Source: Candidatus Bathyarchaeota archaeon
GTDB lineage: Archaea > Thermoproteota > Bathyarchaeia > Bathyarchaeales > Bathycorpusculaceae
Assembly: GCA_963806535.1 (NCBI GenBank)
Contig: CAWDYC010000003.1
Location: forward strand, 384,001 to 448,000
DNA length: 64,000 nt
Reading direction: 5' to 3'
Shown: piece after piece, positions 7,950-17,891 of the stretch
How positions within the stretch are numbered: position 1 is the stretch's first letter
Layout: the number at the start of each line of letters is the position of its first letter
Translations under genes and position numbers: made by a program
The notes under the pieces: generated by a model
Databases searched by the model: none
Seen by the model: only the letters and a program-made list of their open reading frames with translations
Told to the model about the DNA's origin: nothing

Positions 7950-9284
7950 TTGCCAATCCTACCCATAGACACTGGCCGTTATGGAACGCCAGAAATGCTA
8001 AAAATATTTGAAGAAGAAACACGTCTTCAGAAGCTACTTGATGTTGAAGCTGCCTTAGCTTTAGCGCATGCTGAAGTAGGAAACATCCCAAACAAAGATG
8101 CCCAAAAAATCGCTTCGATGGCAAACACAAAACACGTTAAAGTTGATCGAGTAAAATCTATTGAAAAAGAAATAAAGCATGATATTGCATCTCTGGTTCG
8201 AGCACTTTCAGAAGTCAGCGGGTCAAGCGGTGCCTACGTACATTTGGGCGCAACAAGCTACGACATCGTCGATACCGCGAATGCGCTCCAGCTAAAAGAT
8301 GCCTCCGCACTTATTGAAAAAAGACTTGTAGAACTCAAAACCATTTTGCAGAAACAGGCTGACCAATACAAAGAAACCATTATGATTGGCAGAACTCACG
8401 GGCAACATGCCTTGCCGATCACTTTGGGCTTCAAGTTTGCTGTTTGGGGCTACGAAATAGAAAGGCAAATTGAACGGTTAAAGGAATGCAAAAAAAGAGT
8501 TTTGGTTGGCAAAATAAGCGGCGCAGTAGGTACGCAGGCAGGTTTAGGCGAAAACGCACCAATGATTCAAGAGTTTGTTATGAAAAAGCTTGGACTTAAA
8601 GCGGCTGAGATTTCAACACAAATCGTGCAAAGAGACCGCTACGCTGAACTCATATGTATATACGCAATGATTGCTTCTTCGCTTGAAAACTTTGCAACAG
8701 AAATACGCGAGCTGCAAAGGCCAGAAATAGCAGAAGTTTTCGAAGCCTTTGAAGCATCCAAGCAAGTTGGAAGCTCCACAATGCCTCATAAACAGAATCC
8801 GGAGACATGCGAGCGTGTTTGTGGCTTAGCTCGAATCGTTCGAAGTCTTAGCACGCCGGCATTAGAAGATATGATTACTTGGCACGAGAGAGATTTAACT
8901 CAGTCTTCGGCTGAACGATTTATTCTGCCAGAATCAAACATCTTGCTTGACTACATACTTAGCCTAATGTGCAATATTGTGCCAAATCTTCGAGTTGATA
9001 AAGAACGGATGATTCAGAACCTTAGCATAACTCAGGGACGGGCAATGTCAGAATCAGTAATGATGACCTTAGCAAAGAAAGGTGTGAACAGGCAAGAAGC
9101 TCATGAGTTGCTAAGGAAACTAACTATACAAAGCGCTTTGGAAAAGAAAGAATTCAAGCAGATTCTTCTAAAGGACAAACTTGTTAGCAGCAAATTAACT
9201 GAGAAGGAAATTGACGAAGCGTTGGACCCGAAGAATTATTTGGGCACCGCAATTAAACAAGCAGAAAAATTTGCTAAAAGCTAA
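7950..9284 (+). CDS. purB: Adenylosuccinate lyase
   Basis: HLGATSYD, GRTHGQHA, GSSTMPHKQNP. Confidence 0.97.
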   Translation: MPILPIDTGRYGTPEMLKIFEEETRLQKLLDVEAALALAHAEVGNIPNKDAQKIASMANTKHVKVDRVKSIEKEIKHDIASLVRALSEVSGSSGAYVHLGATSYDIVDTANALQLKDASALIEKRLVELKTILQKQADQYKETIMIGRTHGQHALPITLGFKFAVWGYEIERQIERLKECKKRVLVGKISGAVGTQAGLGENAPMIQEFVMKKLGLKAAEISTQIVQRDRYAELICIYAMIASSLENFATEIRELQRPEIAEVFEAFEASKQVGSSTMPHKQNPETCERVCGLARIVRSLSTPALEDMITWHERDLTQSSAERFILPESNILLDYILSLMCNIVPNLRVDKERMIQNLSITQGRAMSESVMMTLAKKGVNRQEAHELLRKLTIQSALEKKEFKQILLKDKLVSSKLTEKEIDEALDPKNYLGTAIKQAEKFAKS

Positions 9285-11527
9285 AAGTCTCCAAGGGCCT
9301 TCTGCTTAAATTCTTGCTCACTAGTCAGTTTGTCCCATTCGTCCTTTTTTACAAAGCCGCCAACTTGTTCCTTTATTTTCTTCGCCAACCTTGGGCCAAC
9401 TGTCGGCAAATTAGTTAATTCTTCGATTGATGCGTGTTTTATATCTTCGATAGTGTGATATCCTGCGTTGAAAATTATGCGGCCACGAACTCTTCCTACC
9501 CCTTCTAAATGTACAATGGGTAGAAGTTCTCGTTTTATCCCTTTAGATACTCGTTCAATTAACTCGTTAGTTAAGGGTAAGATTTCTTTTGCTTTGAAAA
9601 GCGGTGCAATCTCATCAGTTGCATGAAGCAGCCATTTTGCATTTTCAATAGTTCTGTACAAATCGCCTGGTTGAACATTATATTGTTCTATGAGTTTTTC
9701 TTCGCTAACTTCTTCAATCCAACTTTTCATTACCAATGAAGTTTTGATTTCTCCAAGAAACTGCTCATATGTTAAATGATCATCCCACTCGTTTGGAGCA
9801 TCAACAAATAGCTCGTCCCGATGCTGTTCCAATTGAACCGCCAGAACATCACATTCGCGCGCGTAAGGTCTCATTACTGGCCCCATGTCCGGCGTATGAG
9901 AGATCAAATGGAACACCCCGAAATCTGTCAGTTTAGCAGGCTTGTTTCTTAGGGCATCGCGTATTACGACCGCAGAAAGAGGATCAATATAGAGTTCACT
10001 TACCCTTTTCCCAAACTTTGTTGCAAAAATGTCGTCTCCATCAACATCAATCATTTCCTCTTCGTAAAGCCACTTAAGGATTTTAGCGATGATACCCTTG
10101 ATAGCTTTTACATCATATTGATAAGCATAGAAAGTCTTTCCGAAAAACTCATAAATGCCATTTTCCGAGTGCGCAAAATCTGAAGCCACTGTAGACAAGA
10201 CGTGTCCCCGGATGATTTTTTCGACACCCAGTCTAGACCAAATTCGCTCAGGCTTAGCCATAATATAGCCTTCCATTAGATAATCGGCTTCGTCTGAGGT
10301 TTTGGCGATTAGGATTGATTCGCCCACTTTGTCGTATTTTGGACGCCCTGCTCTACCAGCCATTTGCTTATACTCAAGTACGCTTATTGGATAATTGCCA
10401 TAACCTGGTTCAAAACGCCTGTAATCTTGAATAATAACCGTACGCGCGGGAAGATTTACTCCAAACGCCAATGTGGGAGTTGCAGTTAAGACCTTTATTT
10501 TTCCCTCTTTAAACGCGTCCTCGATTATTTTACGATGTGCTCCTGCTAAGCCCGCATGGTGAAAAGCCGCACCACATTGGACAAATTGGGCAAGGGTTTC
10601 GCTGATTTGGGTGCGCTCGCCTGCGGAAATGATTTTGGCTGCCTCATGCTCTAATGTTCTTTTCATAGGCTTGGATAAGGCATCGCCTGTGTGTTGCGCA
10701 ATGGTTTTAGCGGCTGAAACCGCGTTCTTCCGTGTTGAAGCAAAAACAAGTGCTTGTCCGCCGCCTTTAATTGTGTTTAAAACTAAATTAACTGTAGGAA
10801 TATGTGTTTTTTTCTCTATTTTCCTTGCGGAGCCATCTTTGTATTGTATTTCATCGTTTAAAACAACACCTTCCTTAAGGCTAACGGGGCGCCATTCTGT
10901 AACAATATATTTAGCGTTTATCCATCCAGCAATTTCGTCAACGTTACCAATAGTTGCGCTCAAAGCTAAAACTTGAAGGTGAGGATTCACCTGCAGAAGC
11001 CTAGCTAACACAACCTCAAGAGTTGGACCACGCCCTGCGTCATTTAAAAGATGAACCTCATCTGCCACTACAAGCGAGATTTCATCCATCCATTTGGCAC
11101 GGTGCCGAAGAAGCGAATCGGCTTTCTCGTTGGTGGTTACTATTATGTCGTAGCGTTCAAGCCAATTGTCGGCAGTGTCAAAGTCACCTGTGCTTACACC
11201 AACTGAAATTTTTCGACCATCCTTCTTTCGAATAGATGTGTATTTTCTAAAATCCTCGAATTTCTCGCTTGCTAAAGCGCGCAGTGGAGCAAGATAAAGC
11301 ACTTTGCCATTTTTTTCGAGCACATGTTTGAGACCGCAGAGTTCCGCAATCAACGTTTTACCCGACGCTGTTGGGCTCGCTAAAACTATGTTTTGACCTT
11401 CAAGCACTCCTGCCCGTATGGTGTCTTCCTGAGGAGGAAACAACTCAGCAATCCCCAAGTTAAGCAATACGTCCTTGACGGTTTCTGGAACAGGCAACTC
11501 TGCAATCTTCAAATTGAATCGCCACAA
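9281..11527 (-). CDS. hel308: Ski2-like DNA helicase Hel308/Hjm
   Basis: PTASGKT, DEVH, LSAT, AFHHAGL, GVNLPA, QMAGRAGRP, C-terminal HhH. Confidence 0.95.
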   Translation of the reverse strand: MWRFNLKIAELPVPETVKDVLLNLGIAELFPPQEDTIRAGVLEGQNIVLASPTASGKTLIAELCGLKHVLEKNGKVLYLAPLRALASEKFEDFRKYTSIRKKDGRKISVGVSTGDFDTADNWLERYDIIVTTNEKADSLLRHRAKWMDEISLVVADEVHLLNDAGRGPTLEVVLARLLQVNPHLQVLALSATIGNVDEIAGWINAKYIVTEWRPVSLKEGVVLNDEIQYKDGSARKIEKKTHIPTVNLVLNTIKGGGQALVFASTRKNAVSAAKTIAQHTGDALSKPMKRTLEHEAAKIISAGERTQISETLAQFVQCGAAFHHAGLAGAHRKIIEDAFKEGKIKVLTATPTLAFGVNLPARTVIIQDYRRFEPGYGNYPISVLEYKQMAGRAGRPKYDKVGESILIAKTSDEADYLMEGYIMAKPERIWSRLGVEKIIRGHVLSTVASDFAHSENGIYEFFGKTFYAYQYDVKAIKGIIAKILKWLYEEEMIDVDGDDIFATKFGKRVSELYIDPLSAVVIRDALRNKPAKLTDFGVFHLISHTPDMGPVMRPYARECDVLAVQLEQHRDELFVDAPNEWDDHLTYEQFLGEIKTSLVMKSWIEEVSEEKLIEQYNVQPGDLYRTIENAKWLLHATDEIAPLFKAKEILPLTNELIERVSKGIKRELLPIVHLEGVGRVRGRIIFNAGYHTIEDIKHASIEELTNLPTVGPRLAKKIKEQVGGFVKKDEWDKLTSEQEFKQKALGDF

Positions 11528-11669
11528 ACTGTTAATTTATGAGTTATTGAACAAGCTAATTAATAGAATTAGTCGTATCAAAAGTGTTTTTTCAGCTACA
11601 TTTTTCTACTTGATGTGATATTAGCAAAGTGACGAGTTATCTCATCCCTTTACATAGGTAGGATACTGT

Positions 11670-12893
11670 ATGGTTGAAAACGTAAAAGAACTTCTTAAAC
11701 TGCATGAAGGCATAATACACGAAGTTTACTTAGACAACGAAAACTCCAGCATAGTTCCCCAAGAAGTAGTTGACGAGATGCTGCCATATTTTAACAAAAA
11801 AGCTGTCGGCAACCCCACACTTACGCATAAACCAGGCTGGGAAGCCTTTGAAGTCATAATAAATTGCTTCCAAAAAATCAGCAAAACCCTAGGCGCAAAA
11901 ATCCTCGAAGAAATAACATTCACTCCAGGCGAAACAGAAGCCAACAACCTAGCAATAATGGGAACATGCTTTGCACAAAAAAGCAAAGGCAAAAAAATCG
12001 TAATATCCGAAATCGAACCCATCAACGTTTTGCAAGTTGCTGAGATGATGCAGAAATTCGGTTTTACAACGACTAAAATTCCAGTAAACCAAGAAGGCTT
12101 CATCAATCTTGAAAAACTTAAAGAAGCAGTCGACAACGAAACCATTCTTGTCAGTGTTTCTTCCGTGAACAATGAAATTGGAACAGTGCAACCGATTAAG
12201 GAAGCAGTTGACATTGTTAAAGCTAAAAACCCTCAAACACTTTTTCACACTGATGCTTCTGACGCTTATGGCAGAATCCCTCTAAATGTTCAAAACCTAA
12301 ACGTTGACTTAGCGACAATTAGCAGTTACAAGATTCAAGGTCCCCGCGGCATGGGAGCTATGTACATGCGAGACGGTATAAACATGGAACGTATTCTTGA
12401 AGGGCAAATTGGAACACAGAAACTTTGGCCAGGAGTCGAAAATACACCATTAATAGTTGGTTTCACAAAAGCATCAGAACTCGCATTCCAAAATTTCGAA
12501 GCAAACACCACCAAAATGCGGATGTTACGCGATAAACTTGTTGACGGTATATTTGGTGAGCTTGATGACTTGCGTTTTAACGGTCCAAAAGGTGACAAAC
12601 GTTCTCCTGACAACGCAAATGTTAGCATTCTGCGAGCTGAAGGAGAAGCATTAACCATTGAATTAAGCCTCAACGGCGTCTATATTTCTAGCGGAAGTGC
12701 ATGCAGCCGTAGACTACTCCAGCCAAGCCATGTTCTTATTGCAATCGGACGCATATTTGAGGAAGCACATGGCAGTATTCTTATGAAAACAACACGTTAC
12801 TTAACAGAAGAGGATATAGCTTACGTTCTCAAAGTCTTACCAACAGCTGTCAATCGTATTAGAGGGATAGTTGGCTCAACAGGAGTTCATTAG
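11670..12893 (+). CDS. iscS: Group I cysteine desulfurase-like protein (IscS/NifS), divergent active site
   Basis: YLDN, GETEANNLA, NNEIGTVQP, SSYKIQGP, SSGSACS. Confidence 0.85.
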   Translation: MVENVKELLKLHEGIIHEVYLDNENSSIVPQEVVDEMLPYFNKKAVGNPTLTHKPGWEAFEVIINCFQKISKTLGAKILEEITFTPGETEANNLAIMGTCFAQKSKGKKIVISEIEPINVLQVAEMMQKFGFTTTKIPVNQEGFINLEKLKEAVDNETILVSVSSVNNEIGTVQPIKEAVDIVKAKNPQTLFHTDASDAYGRIPLNVQNLNVDLATISSYKIQGPRGMGAMYMRDGINMERILEGQIGTQKLWPGVENTPLIVGFTKASELAFQNFEANTTKMRMLRDKLVDGIFGELDDLRFNGPKGDKRSPDNANVSILRAEGEALTIELSLNGVYISSGSACSRRLLQPSHVLIAIGRIFEEAHGSILMKTTRYLTEEDIAYVLKVLPTAVNRIRGIVGSTGVH

Positions 12894-12894
12894 T

Positions 12895-13413
12895 ATGTCA
12901 CGTATACCTTTGCCCTACAATCCAAAAGTCATGGATTTATTTAGAAACCCCAAGAACTTGGGAAAAATGGAAGATGCCACAGTCGTAGCAGTTGCTGGGA
13001 ACCCAGCTTGCGGAGACATGATAACTTTCTACCTGAAAATAAGCGACAAAGACATTATTGAAAAGGCAAGTTTTGAAAGTTATGGTTGCGCTGCTAACAT
13101 TGCCACCTCAAGTATAGTTACAGAAATGATTAAGTGCTTAAGTCTTGAGCAAGCATGGAATGACATAACTTGGAAAAGAGTAACTGAGGAAATTGGGGGT
13201 TTACCAAGCGTCAAATTTCACTGTGGAGTTCTTGCAGTCGGTGCCCTGAAACGAGCTATAAGACAATACTTCAAGGAGAAAGGCGCGGCAACACCTAGTT
13301 GGATGCCGGCAGAACATACTTTTGAAGAAAAGCAAGCGCTTGAAGAAGAAGAGTTGGCAAAGACCTTATCCAAAAGAATGAAAGTAGAGGCAGATAAAAA
13401 GGCAGAGAAGTAA
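12895..13413 (+). CDS. iscU: Fe-S scaffold IscU/NifU-N with a C-terminal extension
   Basis: NPKNLG, GNPACGD, GCAANIA, KFHC. Confidence 0.92.
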   Translation: MSRIPLPYNPKVMDLFRNPKNLGKMEDATVVAVAGNPACGDMITFYLKISDKDIIEKASFESYGCAANIATSSIVTEMIKCLSLEQAWNDITWKRVTEEIGGLPSVKFHCGVLAVGALKRAIRQYFKEKGAATPSWMPAEHTFEEKQALEEEELAKTLSKRMKVEADKKAEK

Positions 13414-13415
13414 TC

Positions 13416-14648
13416 GTGGATATTCAAGCGCTCCGCAACGATTTTCCAATATTAAAACGTAAAGTAAACGATAATCCTCTAATTTACTTTGATAACGCCG
13501 CAACCACCCAGAAGCCACAGCAGGTAATCGACGCTATCACCAGTTTTTACGAAAACAATAACGCCAACGTACATAGAGCAATCCACACACTATCATTAGA
13601 AGCAACAGACCTGTATGAGAACGCAAGAATAAAAATTGCAAAATTCGTGAACGCCAAAGAATGGGAAGAAGTTGTTTTTGTCCGCGGCACTACAGAAGCT
13701 ATCAACCTTGTCGCTTATTCTTGGGGACTAAACAATTTATGTAAGGGTGACGAGGTTCTTGTCTCACTGATGGAGCATCACAGCAACATAGTGCCTTGGG
13801 AAATCACCTCTAAAATAAAGGGTTTCAAAATTAAGTATGCGAAAGTAAACGCTGACGGAACATTAGATTACGACGATTTTGAAAAACAATTTTCCAACAA
13901 AACAAAAATCGCCTGCTTAAGCCATGTGTCAAATGTCACAGGCATAATCAATGATGTCAAACGAATCACAAAAGCTGCCCATGACAATGGCACTTTAATG
14001 CTTATAGATGGAGCGCAGTCTGTGCCACACATGAATGTGGATGTTCAAGATTTAGATGCAGATTTTCTTGCTTTTTCAGGCCACAAAATGCTTGGCCCCA
14101 CAGGAATCGGAGTACTTTACGGCAAAAAAGAGGTTCTTCAAAAGATGCCACCGTTCCAAGGAGGAGGAGAAATGATAAAAGAAGTCTCTTTCACCCCTAA
14201 CTCAGGCTGCAGCATAACGTGGAATGATTTACCATGGAAATTTGAGGCAGGCACACCAGACATTTGTGGAGCAGTTTGTTTAGCTGAAGCAGTGAAATAT
14301 CTTGAAGCAATTGGCATGGACCAAGTGCTAAGCCACGAGAAAGAATTAACTAAGTACGCGGTCGAACGCATGCAAGAATGCAGCAAAGTAACCATTTACG
14401 GCTCCGGTGACATTTCCAAGAAATGCGGCATCATACCCTTCAGCGTTAAAGGTTTGTCTTCGCATGATGTGGCGCTAATCTGCGATAACTATGGCATAAT
14501 GATTCGAAGTGGTTATCACTGTGCTCAGCCACTTCACGAGGAAGTTCTAAAGCTACAATCAACTGACAGAGCAAGCTTTTACATTTACAATACAAAAGAA
14601 GAAATTGACCGTTTTGTTGAAGTTCTAAATGAAATGGGGCAACTCTAA
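13416..14648 (+). CDS. sufS: Group II cysteine desulfurase SufS
   Basis: YFDNAATTQKP, MEHHSN, DGAQS, SGHKMLGPTG, RSGYHCA. Confidence 0.95.
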   Translation: MDIQALRNDFPILKRKVNDNPLIYFDNAATTQKPQQVIDAITSFYENNNANVHRAIHTLSLEATDLYENARIKIAKFVNAKEWEEVVFVRGTTEAINLVAYSWGLNNLCKGDEVLVSLMEHHSNIVPWEITSKIKGFKIKYAKVNADGTLDYDDFEKQFSNKTKIACLSHVSNVTGIINDVKRITKAAHDNGTLMLIDGAQSVPHMNVDVQDLDADFLAFSGHKMLGPTGIGVLYGKKEVLQKMPPFQGGGEMIKEVSFTPNSGCSITWNDLPWKFEAGTPDICGAVCLAEAVKYLEAIGMDQVLSHEKELTKYAVERMQECSKVTIYGSGDISKKCGIIPFSVKGLSSHDVALICDNYGIMIRSGYHCAQPLHEEVLKLQSTDRASFYIYNTKEEIDRFVEVLNEMGQL

Positions 14649-14917
14649 TGGCTACTTTAGACGATTATATAGCTCGAGTTGAGGGAACATGCGGCGCAGA
14701 AAAAGACGTCATAGTTGTCTTCAAATTTGACAAGAAGGATGAAGCCATTGCCAATATTATAAAAAAGGCGCAAGTTAAAAATAAAATAGCTGGAATAATT
14801 TTTGAATTGACATTTCAAGATACCTCTTTTAGGCTTTATTCAAGTGGAAAAGCTATTTTTCGGAGCATCAAAAATAGGGAAGAACTAAACCAGCTTTTAT
14901 CAGCCCTGCTGCTTTAG
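14648..14917 (+). CDS. Small hypothetical protein, possibly MoeB C-terminal/TBP-like domain
   Basis: Translationally coupled to sufS; TCG near the N-terminus and RLYSSGKAIFR followed by a terminal helix. Confidence 0.6.
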   Translation: MATLDDYIARVEGTCGAEKDVIVVFKFDKKDEAIANIIKKAQVKNKIAGIIFELTFQDTSFRLYSSGKAIFRSIKNREELNQLLSALLL

Positions 14918-15019
14918 ACAAAACCATCAATTTTGAGTTCTGTCTTATTTTCGTGAAAGCAAGTTAGATATATAAAGTACTGATTAAATAGGTTCAAGCT
15001 AATCTGGGCGCCTGTACCT

Positions 15020-16258
15020 ATGAAAATTGCATTAATTCACACACCTTTATGGGGGCGCGGGGGTGCTGAACGGCAAGTTTTGATGTTGGCTATTGAACTT
15101 CAAAAACTCGGAAACGAGGTTGAACTTTTCACACCAATGGTTAACAGAGAAGAGTGCTATCCAGAATTAATGCGACAAGTAAATATAAGAGAAACTGCCC
15201 AAAATCGCTTTATTCCTTTAAGAAGAAATAGCATTTCAACTTCTTCCACGAGCAAAATTGGCGAAATTTCAGATAACCGAAACCCTCTCCGTAGAATCGC
15301 AGTGAATCAGTTTTACGCGCTTGGTTTGCCGTCTATGCTTAGGCTTGGAAAGTCGATACCCAAAGGATTCGATATAATTAATAATCATAATGCCCCAACT
15401 GAATGGGCGGCTTTTGAAGCCAAGAAAAGCCTGAAAGCACCAATAGTTTGGATGTGCAACGAACCTCCATCTTGGTTTTACTTTGCTCCTGGAAGAGGAA
15501 TAAGAAAAAAGCTTACCTGGCCGCTTTTTGAGTTGTGGGACAAGACCTCTGTAAGATACATTGACGAGATAACCGTTCTGTCACATGTTGCTGAAAAACT
15601 TGTCAAAAACATCTATAACAGACCAGCAAAAGTGGTAAGAACAGGCGTTGATCTTGAGAAATTCAAAAATGTTTCCGGAAATGAAATAAGAAAAAAGTAT
15701 GGACTAGAAAATGATTTTGTTCTTCTTTCAGTTTGTAATTTAGCTCCTATAAAACGGCCAGGTGACTCTATAATGGCACTTCACTTTTTGTCTAAGCAGC
15801 ATGATAATGTGAAGCTTATTTTTGATGGTTCAGGTCCTCGAGAAAACTTGATCAAATTAATTGAAAAATTGGGTCTAAAAGAGAAAGTGTTTTTCTTGCA
15901 TTCAAAAAGCGACGAAGAACTATTGAAGGTGTATGCAGCTTGCGACGCTTTTGTTTTTCCTCCACAAATAACGTGGGGGCTAGCTGTCATAGAAGCAATG
16001 GCTGCTTCGAAACCAGTTATAGTCTCCAACGCATGCGGTGCTTCTGAAATCATAGAGGATAACGTAAACGGGATGATAGTAGAACACGCAAAACCCGAGC
16101 AGATGGCAAAAAAAGTGGAACTGCTAATAAACGATCCACAGCTGAGGCGCAGTATTGGAAGAAACGCGTTTGAATACGTGGCAACCAATCTCTCATGGAA
16201 AAACTACGCCAAGTCTATGGAAAACATTTTTCAGCAAACAATTTCGCGAATGAAGTAA
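15020..16258 (+). CDS. Glycosyltransferase family 4
   Basis: GGAERQ, WGLAVIEAMAASKPVI. Confidence 0.92.
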   Translation: MKIALIHTPLWGRGGAERQVLMLAIELQKLGNEVELFTPMVNREECYPELMRQVNIRETAQNRFIPLRRNSISTSSTSKIGEISDNRNPLRRIAVNQFYALGLPSMLRLGKSIPKGFDIINNHNAPTEWAAFEAKKSLKAPIVWMCNEPPSWFYFAPGRGIRKKLTWPLFELWDKTSVRYIDEITVLSHVAEKLVKNIYNRPAKVVRTGVDLEKFKNVSGNEIRKKYGLENDFVLLSVCNLAPIKRPGDSIMALHFLSKQHDNVKLIFDGSGPRENLIKLIEKLGLKEKVFFLHSKSDEELLKVYAACDAFVFPPQITWGLAVIEAMAASKPVIVSNACGASEIIEDNVNGMIVEHAKPEQMAKKVELLINDPQLRRSIGRNAFEYVATNLSWKNYAKSMENIFQQTISRMK

Positions 16259-16285
16259 AAAGCAGTTCTAGTCATGCTAAGTTAA

Positions 16286-17782
16286 TTAGGTTATTTTGCG
16301 AGGTTTCAATCGTGCTTTGTTCCTACTCGCCCAGTTAAGGAGAGGAATGAGGGAATACTTGAGAGGTTGGGGGATTGCATCTTTGAGGTCTTGATGCAAC
16401 CCTAATTTGATGGCTATTCGGCCTTTTCCAGTTATGGGTACATAATAGCGTGTTATTGGGAACTTGATGAAACCATTGCTGTCTTTAAATTTGTCAAGTG
16501 AAGGATGGTTTCCCACTCGTCCATACATGAGCCACCGCTCACCTTTGGAGGCACAGACTTCAACGGCTTTGGCTAGAAGAGCGTTGTTAACTGATTTGTC
16601 CCAGTGTTTCTGCAACGAAAGAATCTGCGCAACTACAGCTATGTTGTCTCCATAAAGAATTTGTATAAATCCAACAAGTTCTTCTTGCAGATATGCGCCG
16701 ACAAATGTTGATCTTTGAGCAGTGGTAATGTTTCGTATGACTGCTTCGAGTGGCTCTCCATAATGCGAAAAAGCTCTTTCTTGCCTGATCGGGGTTTCGT
16801 TGTAAATTTTTGAGACTCCTACGGCAAACTTCTCGGTCGGTTCAACAACAGTTGCGGTTATGGCAGATTTTTCTGCTCGACGAATCATATTGCGAGTTTT
16901 CTTTCCGATGTTACTCCACCAAGTCGCATAATCTTTTATCTCAAGTAGAGCAACATTATCATCTGTTTTTATCCAGGTGATAGGCGGATTAGGTATTTGG
17001 TAGCACCATTTTCTTTCCACAAAAGTAAAAATGTCTTTATCTCTTTCATGCAACTTTTCGATGAAAACGTCGGAGGGAGCAATATTTTTTTCGTACTCTT
17101 GAATGTCGTGAACTATTTTTACTGAAATCTTCTTTTTTGTCTGTAAAGTTTCAAGTTCGTGGTCTACATCTAAAATATATTTCAAGAGATCATAGTAGGG
17201 CCCTCTGGGGTTTATTGTTCCTTTGCTGAAGAGCCATTCGGGATGAATTTCTAAGACAACATTTTCTTTAATCAAATTTTCTGATTCAAGCTTCATGTGT
17301 TCTAAACCAAATTTGTAGCGTCCAGCATCTATACTGTAGGTTTTATAATCGTGGAATGATTTTAACGGAAAATCATTTGGAATTTTGGCTTGTTTTTGTC
17401 CTATCTTTCGGCCCCATAATAACTGGGCAATTATGCGTGACGTTCCGTGAATTGTGAAGTACTTTACTATTCGTTGGGTTTTATTTTCCAAAACTTTCCA
17501 TTCTCTGTAGGGTTCAGTTGCAACGTGCAAGGCAACCTCATGCCGGTCTAGGTGGAGCAAACCGAGAAGTTTTTTGTCTGGAATTGTGTAAGGAGTAAAA
17601 AACCAGTAAGCCATAACTTGCCTTTGAGATTCGTTAACCATTCGAGCAATGATTTTTGCGTTTTTAAGGTAATTTCGACTTTTTTTCTTGATTCTAAGAG
17701 CTAGGTACGCGAAACTTTTGGCCCGTGATGGATAAGGGTAATCCACATCCAACCTAATCCGTATACCTTGTTCAGTAGTCAA
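16286..17782 (-). CDS. Polysaccharide deacetylase-like domain fused to a FemAB/GNAT-like domain
   Basis: N-terminal RLDVD, HEVALH, TIHG, EIHPEW; C-terminal KKTRNMIRRAEK and SLDKFKDSNGF. Confidence 0.6.
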   Translation of the reverse strand: MTTEQGIRIRLDVDYPYPSRAKSFAYLALRIKKKSRNYLKNAKIIARMVNESQRQVMAYWFFTPYTIPDKKLLGLLHLDRHEVALHVATEPYREWKVLENKTQRIVKYFTIHGTSRIIAQLLWGRKIGQKQAKIPNDFPLKSFHDYKTYSIDAGRYKFGLEHMKLESENLIKENVVLEIHPEWLFSKGTINPRGPYYDLLKYILDVDHELETLQTKKKISVKIVHDIQEYEKNIAPSDVFIEKLHERDKDIFTFVERKWCYQIPNPPITWIKTDDNVALLEIKDYATWWSNIGKKTRNMIRRAEKSAITATVVEPTEKFAVGVSKIYNETPIRQERAFSHYGEPLEAVIRNITTAQRSTFVGAYLQEELVGFIQILYGDNIAVVAQILSLQKHWDKSVNNALLAKAVEVCASKGERWLMYGRVGNHPSLDKFKDSNGFIKFPITRYYVPITGKGRIAIKLGLHQDLKDAIPQPLKYSLIPLLNWASRNKARLKPRKIT

Positions 17783-17891
17783 TTATTGTGAAGCTCCACT
17801 TCTCATAGAGACGTTTGTCTTGCACTGTTAAAGTCTTTTGGAAATTTTGCATGTTCACAGCTTTAACTATAAAAATTTTCGTTTCAACCCT

